Of a stretch of DNA of 64,000 bases, positions 1-8,510 are shown in pieces. Below the pieces are notes generated by a model. That model had not been told where the DNA came from and did not search any database. It worked only from the letters and a program-made list of their open reading frames with translations. The stretch comes from Steroidobacteraceae bacterium. GTDB taxonomy: Bacteria > Pseudomonadota > Gammaproteobacteria > Steroidobacterales > Steroidobacteraceae. Made by a program: the position numbers and the translations under genes. The first letter of the stretch is position 1; each line of letters begins with the position of its first letter. The stretch covers positions 491 through 64,490 of the forward strand of contig DATNEU010000066.1 of assembly GCA_035552895.1 (NCBI GenBank). The letters are read 5' to 3'.

Positions 1-23
1 TCCTGGCCGCACTGAGATGAGCC

Positions 24-368
24 TCATGCTATGCCTGGCGTGCTCCGTTGACGAAGGAGATGCATCGCCGCGCCTGCGGCGGCGATCCAAATCCCGACGA
101 TGTCGGCATAGCCACTCAGCGCCCAAGCCCATCTAGGGAAAGACCCAACGGCCTCGATCACATCACCATGGGCACCATACGTCTTCGATACGTCGGCAAT
201 CATAAACTGACCACTGATCTGGCCTAGAACGCAAGCCAGAAATCCCAGGGCAAAAAGCCCGCTTGCAACCGTTTTGTGCCTAAAGAAGAGGATCCCTCCC
301 GCCGCCGCCAGAATTGCGAAAGGACTCGTGTGAATGAGCAGAAATTCTGCATATGGCGAAGGCGACAT
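24..368 (-). CDS. hypothetical small integral membrane protein (about 3 TM helices), orphan
   Basis: 114-aa ORF with hydrophobic segments AEFLLIHTSPFAILAAAGGILFF, LFALGFLACVLGQISGQFMI and ALSGYADIVGIWIAAAGAAM. It lies in the low-GC left edge. No family recognised. Confidence 0.4.
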   Translation of the reverse strand: MSPSPYAEFLLIHTSPFAILAAAGGILFFRHKTVASGLFALGFLACVLGQISGQFMIADVSKTYGAHGDVIEAVGSFPRWAWALSGYADIVGIWIAAAGAAMHLLRQRSTPGIA

Positions 369-595
369 CTTTCCGGTCCTTCAACGTGATTGGGACATGT
401 GGTGGTGACGGGCAGCCAGCTATTCTTGAAATTCTACCCTGAGCGTCCGCTTTGCAGATAATCGGGAGCAACTAACGACAGGCCCCTCCTGGCCGCACCC
501 TGCCGGCCGTCGCAATGGGCCTCATCCCGACCCTTCTGAGACATTCGCGAGCGACTGCCTTCCGGAAGCGAAAATAAGGTAGTCTGCTAGTCCCT

Positions 596-1321
596 ATGTC
601 CCCGCGCGCTTGGGTCATCACAAGTCTCGCGCTGCTTCTAGGGTCCGTTATGATCTGGACCCTTATTCCGCCATTCCCGGCTTCGCCGCTACTGCTCGAT
701 GAGCCACTTTCGTCGTTGACCAGGAGATTCGGGCCTCCAAACGTGATAGGTCCCACGAGTGCCGTACCCTGGCACCCCAGCAGATCTTTGGCGTGGGAGA
801 AGTCTCGTGGCATCGGTATCTGGATTCTGCAGGCCGATTGGGGCAAGGCGCTGCCGACTGCTACTACTCATCCAGATTCCGTGTCTCGGACCTTACGAGT
901 CCTCGGGGCAAATCTACCGTTTTCTGGTGATGCGGCTGTTCGAGCAACGGTCCTGGTTCCTGCAACCACGGCGGATCCGGCGGGCTCCGCAAAAGGCGAG
1001 GTTCCCTTATCGTTAAGACAACGTGCGGATTGTATGTACCAGGCATTAAAGGCACTCCCCGGCGTAAATCAACCTGTGCTCCGGTACAAAAATGGCGACG
1101 GTTGGAACCATCCAGTCCTAGGATATCTCTCGGCATGGAGCGATGGTATGTATCAAATAACATTTGAGGCGAAAAGACCAATGGCCGGTCATGACAGGTA
1201 CTGGTTTCTTGCCGCATTCTCCGGGCCGCTGCCGCCCGGGTTACACATTGCTCTACTGAAATCAGTCATGAAGAACTGGAAGGCCAAATGCAATGCAGAG
1301 GTAGAATACGAGATCAATTGA
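596..1321 (+). CDS. hypothetical protein with N-terminal signal-anchor/TM segment, orphan
   Basis: 241-aa ORF with N-terminus MSPRAWVITSLALLLGSVMIWTLIPP. The 3' half is markedly AT-richer than the rest of the window. No motif recognised and the SD is weak. Confidence 0.4.
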   Translation: MSPRAWVITSLALLLGSVMIWTLIPPFPASPLLLDEPLSSLTRRFGPPNVIGPTSAVPWHPSRSLAWEKSRGIGIWILQADWGKALPTATTHPDSVSRTLRVLGANLPFSGDAAVRATVLVPATTADPAGSAKGEVPLSLRQRADCMYQALKALPGVNQPVLRYKNGDGWNHPVLGYLSAWSDGMYQITFEAKRPMAGHDRYWFLAAFSGPLPPGLHIALLKSVMKNWKAKCNAEVEYEIN

Positions 1322-1427
1322 TTGTTTTGAAAATGACACGAGCGGCGAGAGGATCCACGGGCGAACTGGGAGTTTTATAGAGCCTGGGATCCCTGTAACA
1401 TCACGTTAGTGAATATGCGGAGGCAGC

Positions 1428-1880
1428 ATGGGCAGGCGATCGCTTTCGTTTGTCGTTCTCGCGCTTCTCGTCGGCTGTGGAACCGTACCGCCCTTCAATC
1501 CAGTGGCTCATGATGCGCATGTCGTGCGGTACGCACACGATTCCTCCAAGCGCGTTACCATCGTGAACGGAATGGTTTGGTACAACTTGGACCGCACAGA
1601 AGGGATCCGCTTTCCGCCGGGTACATACGTCCTCGAGGCAGAGGACTCAGATTATTGGTATTTCCGATCCCCTGCGCCGCTGGAGTTTAGAGATTTCAGT
1701 GGCGGACGCGTTACGGACGCTCAGAGCAAGGCTGGTGGCATCATGATCGCCAAGGCTGCCCTGAACATGGTACCCGCCGGTGGATATGTCCCTGGCGATG
1801 GCTCGAACATGATCATGGTCTGGAAGCTGGGCGGCGACTTTCTTGGGATGCAAGGTCGAGAGTGGAATAAGTCATTCTGA
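1428..1880 (+). CDS. hypothetical lipoprotein, orphan
   Basis: 150-aa ORF. Signal peptide with lipobox LLVGC (MGRRSLSFVVLALLVGCGT). Low-GC context. No family recognised. Confidence 0.5.
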   Translation: MGRRSLSFVVLALLVGCGTVPPFNPVAHDAHVVRYAHDSSKRVTIVNGMVWYNLDRTEGIRFPPGTYVLEAEDSDYWYFRSPAPLEFRDFSGGRVTDAQSKAGGIMIAKAALNMVPAGGYVPGDGSNMIMVWKLGGDFLGMQGREWNKSF

Positions 1881-2000
1881 TGTGGCTGACGGCCATTGCT
1901 TTCACGCAGTCTCGGCCGGAAACGGTTGCCGGCGGCGCTCGGCCGATGTTCGACCCCGGAATCGATCGACAGGAATGGCGCACCGGCTGTAAGGCCGCTG

Positions 2001-3347
2001 TCAGGTCAGGCGCTGCGCAATCAGTGTCCGGGCCATCTCGAGGTCCAGCTCTCCTGGCCCGCGCCGGCCATCCAGCTCCGCCAGGATACCCTCCTGCACG
2101 GATCCGCGGCGGAGCGCCTCCGCATAGGAGATCTCGGGGTGAAACATCACCATGGAGTAGCGTGGGATGAAGGCGGGGAAGCGCCGCTCGAGCTCCATCG
2201 CCAGCGCCTTGCGGCGCAGGTAGGCTGGATCGCGCACCGTGTCGCGCATCTCGATGTAGTTCTCGAGCGCCATCTTCGCGATGGCGGCGGTGTTGGGGAG
2301 GCGGGAGCGCTCGAAGTCCGCGAACAAAGTGTCCCAGGTGTCGTGCCGATCGAGGAGGTCGTCGAGGCAAAGGCAATCCTCGAAGGCTGCATTCATGCCT
2401 TGGCCATGGAAAGGAACGATTGCGTGCGCGGCGTCACCGAGAAGCAGCACGTGACCACCGATGTGCCAGGGAGTAGTGTATACCGTGCCGAGCTGGCCCT
2501 GCTGATGGGTCGCGAACTCCTCGAGGAGATTTGGCATGAGCCGGGCCGCGTCAGCGAACTGCGTCTGAAATAGCGTTCGAACCCGGTCCGGGCCGGTCAG
2601 CGAATCGAAGCCGTCGGCGCCGCTACGCGCGAGGAAGAGAGTGGCGGTGAAGCTGCCGTCGGTGTTCGGCAGCGCGATCAGCATGAAGCCACCGCGTGGC
2701 CAGATGTGCAGGGCGTTTGGCTCCATCACGTGGCGCCCTTCCTGCGCCGGGATCGCGAGCTCCTTGTAGTCGTGATCCAGCCGGTCCTCGCGCACGCTGG
2801 TGTGGCCGGAGCGCGCGAGGCTCGAGCGAATGGCCGAGCCGGCGCCGTCGGCGGCGAAGGTGCATGCGATCGGCACGCTGTACTCGTTGGCCGTTCCTTC
2901 GTCGCGAAAGCGCAGCGCACTCGCTTCCGGCACGGCCGTCAGGCAGGTCTGCCGAAATCGCACACGCACCTGCGGATGGCGCGCGGCCGCCTCGATCAAG
3001 AGGCGGTTGAGGTCGGCACGGCCGACGGAGTAGATGACCTCCTCCTGCCGCTGGCCGTACGGTTGGAGTTGCCTCTCGCCGGTGAGCGAATGGATCATCC
3101 GTCCGCGCATGGCGATCAGCTGCGGACGGATACGCGCCATCATCCCGGCGCGCTCGAGGGCCGCGATGCCGCGCGCCGCCAGAGCCAGATTGATGGAGCG
3201 CCCCCGCTCGCTGGCGGCCTGCCGCGGATCCGGCCGGCGGTCATACAGGTCGACGGAGAATCCCCGCCGCGCGAGCAGCACGGCGAGGAGGGCGCCGGCG
3301 AGCCCGGCGCCGACGATGTTGACCGGCTCGCCGGCGCCGGCCTTCAC
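2001..3347 (-). CDS. kmo: kynurenine 3-monooxygenase (FAD-dependent)
   Basis: N-terminal dinucleotide fold VNIVGAGLAGALLAVLLARRGFSVDLYDRRPD and DAAHAIVPFHGQGMN near the C-terminus. Start set to the GTG at 3347, which forms a GTGA overlap with the kynU stop. The 576-aa track ORF would overlap kynU by ~390 nt. Confidence 0.85.
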   Translation of the reverse strand: MKAGAGEPVNIVGAGLAGALLAVLLARRGFSVDLYDRRPDPRQAASERGRSINLALAARGIAALERAGMMARIRPQLIAMRGRMIHSLTGERQLQPYGQRQEEVIYSVGRADLNRLLIEAAARHPQVRVRFRQTCLTAVPEASALRFRDEGTANEYSVPIACTFAADGAGSAIRSSLARSGHTSVREDRLDHDYKELAIPAQEGRHVMEPNALHIWPRGGFMLIALPNTDGSFTATLFLARSGADGFDSLTGPDRVRTLFQTQFADAARLMPNLLEEFATHQQGQLGTVYTTPWHIGGHVLLLGDAAHAIVPFHGQGMNAAFEDCLCLDDLLDRHDTWDTLFADFERSRLPNTAAIAKMALENYIEMRDTVRDPAYLRRKALAMELERRFPAFIPRYSMVMFHPEISYAEALRRGSVQEGILAELDGRRGPGELDLEMARTLIAQRLT

Positions 3348-4621
3348 GGCAGGCGGCGCACGGCCTGGGCGAGCGCCTCGGCGCCGCGGAAGACATCCGC
3401 GAAGCTGTTGTAGGACGGGACGGGCGCCAACCGGATCGTGTCGGGGTCGCGCCAGTCGCCGATGATGCCCTGGGCGGTGAGGGCATCGAACACAGTTTGT
3501 CCGCGCCCCTGCGGACCCGTGATGCGGATCGAAAGCTGGCAGCCGCGCGAGTCGGCTGCGCGGGGCGTGATCAGTTGGACCTCGGGAGCCAGCCGGTCGA
3601 GGAGGTACTCCAGGAACCCGGTGAGCGCTACCGACTTGCGCCGCAACCTCGCCATCCCCGCCTGCCCGAAGAGCGCGAGCGAGGCGATGAGTGGCGCGGC
3701 GGCGAGGATCGGCGGATTGCTGATCTGCCAACCGGCGGCGCCCGGCGCCGGTCGAAACTCGGGCCCCATGCGAAAGCGGGTCGCGGGCTCATGCCCCCAC
3801 CAGCCGGCGAGGCGGGGCCGGTCGTGCCGCTCGTGGACGAAACAGCCGCCGATCGCACCGGGCCCTCCGTTCAAATACTTGTAGCTGCACCAGACCGCGA
3901 AATCCGCGTCGATGTCGTGCAGGGCGAGCGGCAGGTTGCCGATTGCGTGGGCGAGGTCGAAGCCGGCAACGCAGCCGGCACGGTGCGCCGCGCTGGCGAT
4001 TCTGCCGAGGTCGAATGCCTGCCCGGTCCGGTACTGCACGCCAGGCCAGAGGACGAGCGCCACCTCGGCGCCATGCTCCTCGAGATAGGCTTCGATCGTT
4101 TCCTCGGGAATCGTGTCCGTCCCCGCGGCCGGAGAGAGCTCCACCAGCGCCTCCCGCGGATCGAGCCCCCGCCAGGCGATCTGCGAGGCGACGGCATGCC
4201 GATCGGAGGAGAACGCGCCGGCCTCGATCAGGATGCGGCGCCTGGCGCCGCTCGGGCGATAGAAGGCCGCGAGCAGCAGGTGCAGGTTGACCGTCAACGA
4301 GCTCATCGCCACGACCTCGGCCGGCCGGGCGCCGGCGAGACTCGCGAGGCCCTCGCGGAGATTCTCGTGATACGGGATCCAGGGCCGATGAGCATGCTCG
4401 TGCCCGAGCACCGCCAGTCGCGCCCAGTCGTCCAGCTCCTCCATGACGAGGCCGCGCGCCGCGAGCGGCATCAGTCCGAGCGAGTGCCCGCACAGGTACA
4501 CGAGCGACTCGGCATTGCCGCCGCGAGGCAGCGCGAAGCGCTCCCGCAAGGCCCGCAACGGGTCCGCCTCGTCGAGGCGGCGGGCGCAATCCAGTGTCGG
4601 CTCGTAAGGCGGGTGAGTCAT
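3344..4621 (-). CDS. kynU: kynureninase (PLP-dependent)
   Basis: LVYLCGHSLGLMP and DFAVWCSYKYLNGGPGAIGGCFVHE (PLP-lysine region) are typical of kynureninase. Start at ATG 4621 (MTHPPYEPT), which is 425 aa. Confidence 0.9.
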   Translation of the reverse strand: MTHPPYEPTLDCARRLDEADPLRALRERFALPRGGNAESLVYLCGHSLGLMPLAARGLVMEELDDWARLAVLGHEHAHRPWIPYHENLREGLASLAGARPAEVVAMSSLTVNLHLLLAAFYRPSGARRRILIEAGAFSSDRHAVASQIAWRGLDPREALVELSPAAGTDTIPEETIEAYLEEHGAEVALVLWPGVQYRTGQAFDLGRIASAAHRAGCVAGFDLAHAIGNLPLALHDIDADFAVWCSYKYLNGGPGAIGGCFVHERHDRPRLAGWWGHEPATRFRMGPEFRPAPGAAGWQISNPPILAAAPLIASLALFGQAGMARLRRKSVALTGFLEYLLDRLAPEVQLITPRAADSRGCQLSIRITGPQGRGQTVFDALTAQGIIGDWRDPDTIRLAPVPSYNSFADVFRGAEALAQAVRRLP

Positions 4622-4637
4622 GCTTGCGGTGCCAACC

Positions 4638-5453
4638 TCAGCTCGCCACACGATACAGCAGCGGGCGGCTGGGTACCGCATCGCCGTTGATCGCAGGCAC
4701 CTGGAGCTGCAGGAGATACCAGCCGTCGGCCGCATCGTCCGGGACGTACGCCAGCTCCGTGACCGTGCACTGCGATCGGGTCGCATGGCTCAGCGCGCAA
4801 TCCCCTGGCGGCAGTCCGAAGAAGATCCGGTGCGCGGTGAGCCGGCCCTCGTCACACGCGCGGTCGATCGAAGGCAGGTCCACGATCAGGTGCTCGATGT
4901 TGCGCTCGACCAGGTAGTGCGCCGCCTCGCGCGTGAGGTACGCGGGTGTCGTGTCGGTATGATCGAGCGTGCGCTTGGCGGGATCGTTGGGGAGCGTGCG
5001 GATCACCAACGCTCGCGGGGTGAATGGCGGCGGTGCGGGCCAGCCCGCGTGCAGCGCCTCGCGAGTCAGCAGCCGGTCCTCCGCCTGCGCTGTTGGATCG
5101 GAGCCCTCGGCAGTCTGAGCGGAAGATGCGGGGGTCACGGAAAGCAGCAGCGCCGGCAGCAGGCGCCGCGGGACGACGCGTTGCGCATGGAGCGGCTCCC
5201 GGGTGAGGTGGCCGGCGCACTCGGTGTGAGTGCCGTTGCAGTGCGGGATGAGCGTGATCGAATTGCAGTTGCAGCTCGCGCCGTGCGCCACCGACCCGGA
5301 GAAGCCTGGAACCGAGTAGGCGCGCGAGGTGGCGCGGGGCGCGCCGAAGTGCCGCACCTGGGGTCCCTCGAAGTCGATCTCGACGCTGAGATCCAGCGGA
5401 CGCTCGAGGTCGACGCGGACCGCGCGTCCGTCCACCTCCAGGCGCGCGCTCAA
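4638..5453 (-). CDS. cyclase-family protein, candidate kynurenine formamidase
   Basis: HCNGTHTECAGH resembles the HxGTHxDxPxH motif of the cyclase/KynB family. It is followed by LIVDLPSIDR and a C-terminal beta-rich part. The gene sits between nbaC and kynU. The only upstream start is TTG 5453 (TTGA overlap with the nbaC stop), so the start is uncertain; GTG at codon 7 is an alternative. Confidence 0.55.
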   Translation of the reverse strand: MSARLEVDGRAVRVDLERPLDLSVEIDFEGPQVRHFGAPRATSRAYSVPGFSGSVAHGASCNCNSITLIPHCNGTHTECAGHLTREPLHAQRVVPRRLLPALLLSVTPASSAQTAEGSDPTAQAEDRLLTREALHAGWPAPPPFTPRALVIRTLPNDPAKRTLDHTDTTPAYLTREAAHYLVERNIEHLIVDLPSIDRACDEGRLTAHRIFFGLPPGDCALSHATRSQCTVTELAYVPDDAADGWYLLQLQVPAINGDAVPSRPLLYRVAS

Positions 5454-5965
5454 CCCGGCCGCTCCAGCATGGCGCCGCAGCGGGAGCAGGTGCGGCGCTG
5501 CGGGCTGGCGTAGAAGCGCTCGAACACCGGCGGCAACTGCCGCTCGATGTCGGTCAGCTCGATGAATTCCTCGTGCAGGAGGTTGCCGCAGCGCTCACAG
5601 TACCATTGGAAGCCGTCGCGCTCGCCGGGCATGCGCCGCCTCTCGACGACGAGGCCTACCGTGTCGGCCCGACGCTGCGGGGAATGCGGTACGTTCGGGG
5701 GCAGCAGCAGCACTTCTCCCTGTCGAATCGGCACGTCCATCCGGTGCCCGTCCTGCATGGTCCAGAGGACGATATCGCCCTCGAGCTGATAGAAGAATTC
5801 CTGGCCGGGATCGACGTGGAAATCCTGCCGTGCGTTGGGGCCGCCGATCACCATGATGATGAAATCGCCGTCCTCGAACACCCGCTTGTTGCCGACCGGC
5901 GGCTTGAGGACGTGCCGGTGTCGGTCGATCCAGTCGTGCAGATTGAACGCTTGCAGAGGCTTCAT
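5450..5965 (-). CDS. nbaC: 3-hydroxyanthranilate 3,4-dioxygenase
   Basis: Cupin core FHVDPGQEFFYQLEGDIVLWTMQDG...LLLPPNVPHSPQR and a C-terminal rubredoxin-like CERCG...CSRCG. Start at ATG 5965 (MKPLQAFN). Confidence 0.9.
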   Translation of the reverse strand: MKPLQAFNLHDWIDRHRHVLKPPVGNKRVFEDGDFIIMVIGGPNARQDFHVDPGQEFFYQLEGDIVLWTMQDGHRMDVPIRQGEVLLLPPNVPHSPQRRADTVGLVVERRRMPGERDGFQWYCERCGNLLHEEFIELTDIERQLPPVFERFYASPQRRTCSRCGAMLERPG

Positions 5966-5976
5966 CGCCGAGCACC

Positions 5977-6810
5977 TCACTCATCAGGGGCCTGATACCC
6001 CTGGCACGGTACCGAGACGGGTACGCTGCCGCTGGCGCGGTCGCTGTCGAGATCGAACGCGGTCAGCGCACCCCCCCAAACACAGCCGGAATCGAGTCCC
6101 ACGACGTCATCGCGCATGACGAGGCCCAGAGCCGACCAGTGCCCGAACACGATACGGGTCCCGCTCGTGCGGCGATTGCGGACATCGAACCACGGCAGCC
6201 AGCGCGAGTCGCCCGCGGGAGGCTTGCCCTTCATACGCAAGTTGATGCGTCCCTCGTTGGTGCACACGCGGATGCGTGTCAGTACGTTGATGGCGAAGCG
6301 CAGACGATCGGTACCTGTGAGGACATCGCTCCAATGGTCCGGCTCATCCCCATACATGTGCTCGAAGAGATTGCGCGGCTCATGGCGAAGCGCGGTTTCC
6401 ACCTCGCGTGCAACCGCCAATGTCGTCTCGACGTTCCATTGCGGGACGACCCCGGCATGTACCAGGAGGTCCCCCGCCTCGAAATGCGCCAGCGGCCGGT
6501 TCGCGAGCCATTCCAGCAGGGCATCGCGGTCGGGCGCCCGCAGGATCTCATCCAGAGTATCGCTGCGGCGGGCAGGGCGGCAGCCGCACGCGACGGCAAG
6601 CAGGTGAAGGTCGTGATTCCCGAGGACCCCGATGGCGTTGTCCCCCAGCGCCCGAACGAAGCGCAGCACCTCGAGCGACTGCGGGCCGCGATTCACCAGG
6701 TCGCCGACCAGCCACAGCCGGTCGCGATCGGCGCAGAACCCTATCCGCTCGAGCAGGGCGCGCAGCTCATCGCAGCAACCCTGGATATCGCCGATGGCAT
6801 GCCGGCTCAC
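5977..6810 (-). CDS. apaH: bis(5'-nucleosyl)-tetraphosphatase, symmetrical
   Basis: Metallophosphatase motifs IGDIQGC, GDLVNRGP and GNHD. Positioned after apaG as in E. coli and Pseudomonas. GTG start overlaps the apaG stop (GTGA). Confidence 0.9.
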   Translation of the reverse strand: MSRHAIGDIQGCCDELRALLERIGFCADRDRLWLVGDLVNRGPQSLEVLRFVRALGDNAIGVLGNHDLHLLAVACGCRPARRSDTLDEILRAPDRDALLEWLANRPLAHFEAGDLLVHAGVVPQWNVETTLAVAREVETALRHEPRNLFEHMYGDEPDHWSDVLTGTDRLRFAINVLTRIRVCTNEGRINLRMKGKPPAGDSRWLPWFDVRNRRTSGTRIVFGHWSALGLVMRDDVVGLDSGCVWGGALTAFDLDSDRASGSVPVSVPCQGYQAPDE

Positions 6811-7187
6811 TGCAGGATTCCGGGGATCGCCAGCCGAAAGGGCGGGATGGGCGCATCGAAGCGCTGCCCCTCGGCGTCCACCATCTGATAGCTGCCCTCC
6901 ATCGTGCCGACGGGAGTCTCCAGGACGGCGCCGCTCGAGTAGCGAAAACCCTGCCCCGGCTCGAGGTGCGGCTGCTCGCCGACGACACCCTCACCCCGGA
7001 CTTCCTTCACCCGGCCGTTGGCGTCGGTGATGATCCAGTGCCGCGTCAGGAGCTTGGCCGCGCGCTGACCCTCATTGCGGATGGTGATCGTGTACGAGAA
7101 GACGTAGCGCTGCTCGCCGGGGCTCGATTGCTCATCGAGGTACGTAGTGGTGACCTGGACGCGGATCCGGTGAGATTCCTGGCTCAT
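6807..7187 (-). CDS. apaG: ApaG (DUF525) protein
   Basis: RYVFSYTITIRNEG...GVVGEQPHLEPGQGFRYSSG is typical of ApaG. Start at ATG 7187 gives 126 aa. Confidence 0.9.
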   Translation of the reverse strand: MSQESHRIRVQVTTTYLDEQSSPGEQRYVFSYTITIRNEGQRAAKLLTRHWIITDANGRVKEVRGEGVVGEQPHLEPGQGFRYSSGAVLETPVGTMEGSYQMVDAEGQRFDAPIPPFRLAIPGILQ

Positions 7188-7198
7188 GCGGCCGGATT

Positions 7199-7651
7199 TT
7201 ACCCGGACGCGGCCCGGCGGACCCGCACCGCGAGCACATCGCACGGCGCGGCATGCAGGACGGTGTCTTCGGTGAAGTTCACCAGAATCGAAAGGCCGTG
7301 GCGCTCCCGGCTGCTGATCACGATGAGATCGATCTGGCGCTCGCGCGCCACGCGCACGACTTCCGCCTTGACGTTGCCGGACTCCACGCGGTGCGGGGCG
7401 CCAGCGACGCCGAGCTCTTCCGCGAGCGCGGTGAGGCGCTGGCGGGCGCGTGCGAGCAGCTCGTCCTCGATGCGGACCGCGGGCATCAGGGTTTCCCCCA
7501 TCGGCTCGACGGGCATGAACTCCACGACGTGCAGCAGCTCGAGCTCCGCCCCGACGGCTGCCGCAATGTCGCGGGCTCGCTTGCCGATCTGCAGGCTGTC
7601 CTCGGTCAGGTCGACCACGAGCAGGATGCGACGGTAGGGGTACGTAGGCAT
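7199..7651 (-). CDS. universal stress protein (UspA family)
   Basis: RILLVVDLTEDS, IDLIVISSRERHG and PCDVLAV are USP hallmarks. ATG at 7651 is preceded by GAGGG. Confidence 0.75.
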   Translation of the reverse strand: MPTYPYRRILLVVDLTEDSLQIGKRARDIAAAVGAELELLHVVEFMPVEPMGETLMPAVRIEDELLARARQRLTALAEELGVAGAPHRVESGNVKAEVVRVARERQIDLIVISSRERHGLSILVNFTEDTVLHAAPCDVLAVRVRRAASG

Positions 7652-7697
7652 GCGCAAACCCTCGAAACGTCTCGGTCTGGCTTCATGCCATCCTAAC

Positions 7698-8510
7698 TCA
7701 GCCCGGGCCGGACGGCAGCTTTACCGTACCCGCTATGGCATTGAACAGTGCCGGCGAGACCGTCTCCGGCCGGGCGGACGGATCGACCCCACAGCTCTCG
7801 ATCTGCTCCGCCGTCGCGACCCCTCGTAGCGCATTGCGGAGCGTCTTGCGACGATGAGCGAAGGCAGCGGCCACGACGGCGGGGAACGCTGGGCTCACCA
7901 CAAATGCCGGCGCGGAACGCACCGTAAGTCGCGCAACGGCCGACCATACTTGCGGAGGTGGCTGGAAGGCTCCGGGACCGACGTCGAACAGCCGCTCGAT
8001 ATCCAACCAGGGTGACAGCATCACCGTCAGGCGTCCATAAGCGTGGTCGCCCGGGCTGGCCGCCATCCTGGCAATCACCTCCCGTTGCAACATCACGTGC
8101 AGATCCTGGATCTGGCGGACGCTCTCGAGGAGATGAAACAACAGCGGCGTGGAGATGTTGTAGGGCAGATTGCCGACGACCCGCAGCGGGCGGGTGCGCC
8201 GCCTCGCGAGCTCGCTGAAGTCGAGCCGGAGCGCGTCTGCGTTGTGCAGCGTGAAACGCGGATCGCCGCCCCATTGCTCGCGCAGCAGGCCGGCCAGGTC
8301 GCGGTCGATCTCGATCGCATCGAGGCTGCCGCACTCGGATTCGAGCAGCCGGGCGGTCAGCGCCCCGCGGCCGGGGCCGATCTCCACCAGTGCCTCCCCG
8401 CTCCGGGGGGCGATCGCGGCGGCGATCCGCTCGATCACCGCCGGATCGTGCAGGAAATGCTGGCCGAATCGCTTTCTGGGCCTGCCCTGCGGCGCCCGCT
8501 GCCGCATCAC
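7698..8510 (-). CDS. rsmA: 16S rRNA (adenine1518/1519-N6)-dimethyltransferase
   Basis: FGQHFLHD, VEIGPGRGALT (SAM motif) and GNLPYNISTP. The start is GTG 8510 or ATG 8507; both overlap the pdxA stop. Confidence 0.9.
   Translation of the reverse strand: MMRQRAPQGRPRKRFGQHFLHDPAVIERIAAAIAPRSGEALVEIGPGRGALTARLLESECGSLDAIEIDRDLAGLLREQWGGDPRFTLHNADALRLDFSELARRRTRPLRVVGNLPYNISTPLLFHLLESVRQIQDLHVMLQREVIARMAASPGDHAYGRLTVMLSPWLDIERLFDVGPGAFQPPPQVWSAVARLTVRSAPAFVVSPAFPAVVAAAFAHRRKTLRNALRGVATAEQIESCGVDPSARPETVSPALFNAIAGTVKLPSGPG

Noticed and set aside
1-498. The exact 12-mer TCCTGGCCGCAC occurs at 1-12 and 487-498, each followed by an ATGrGCCTCAT-like sequence. I considered this as possible element ends or duplicated 3' regions.
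   Set aside because: The repeat is too short. Chance 12-mer matches are expected many times in 64 kb of GC-biased sequence, and the flanks do not align further.
2001-3731. The 576-aa version of kmo, which overlaps kynU by ~390 nt.
   Set aside because: The FAD-binding fold starts at residue ~137 of that ORF. A GTG at 3347 gives a standard-length protein of about 448 aa and a GTGA junction with kynU.
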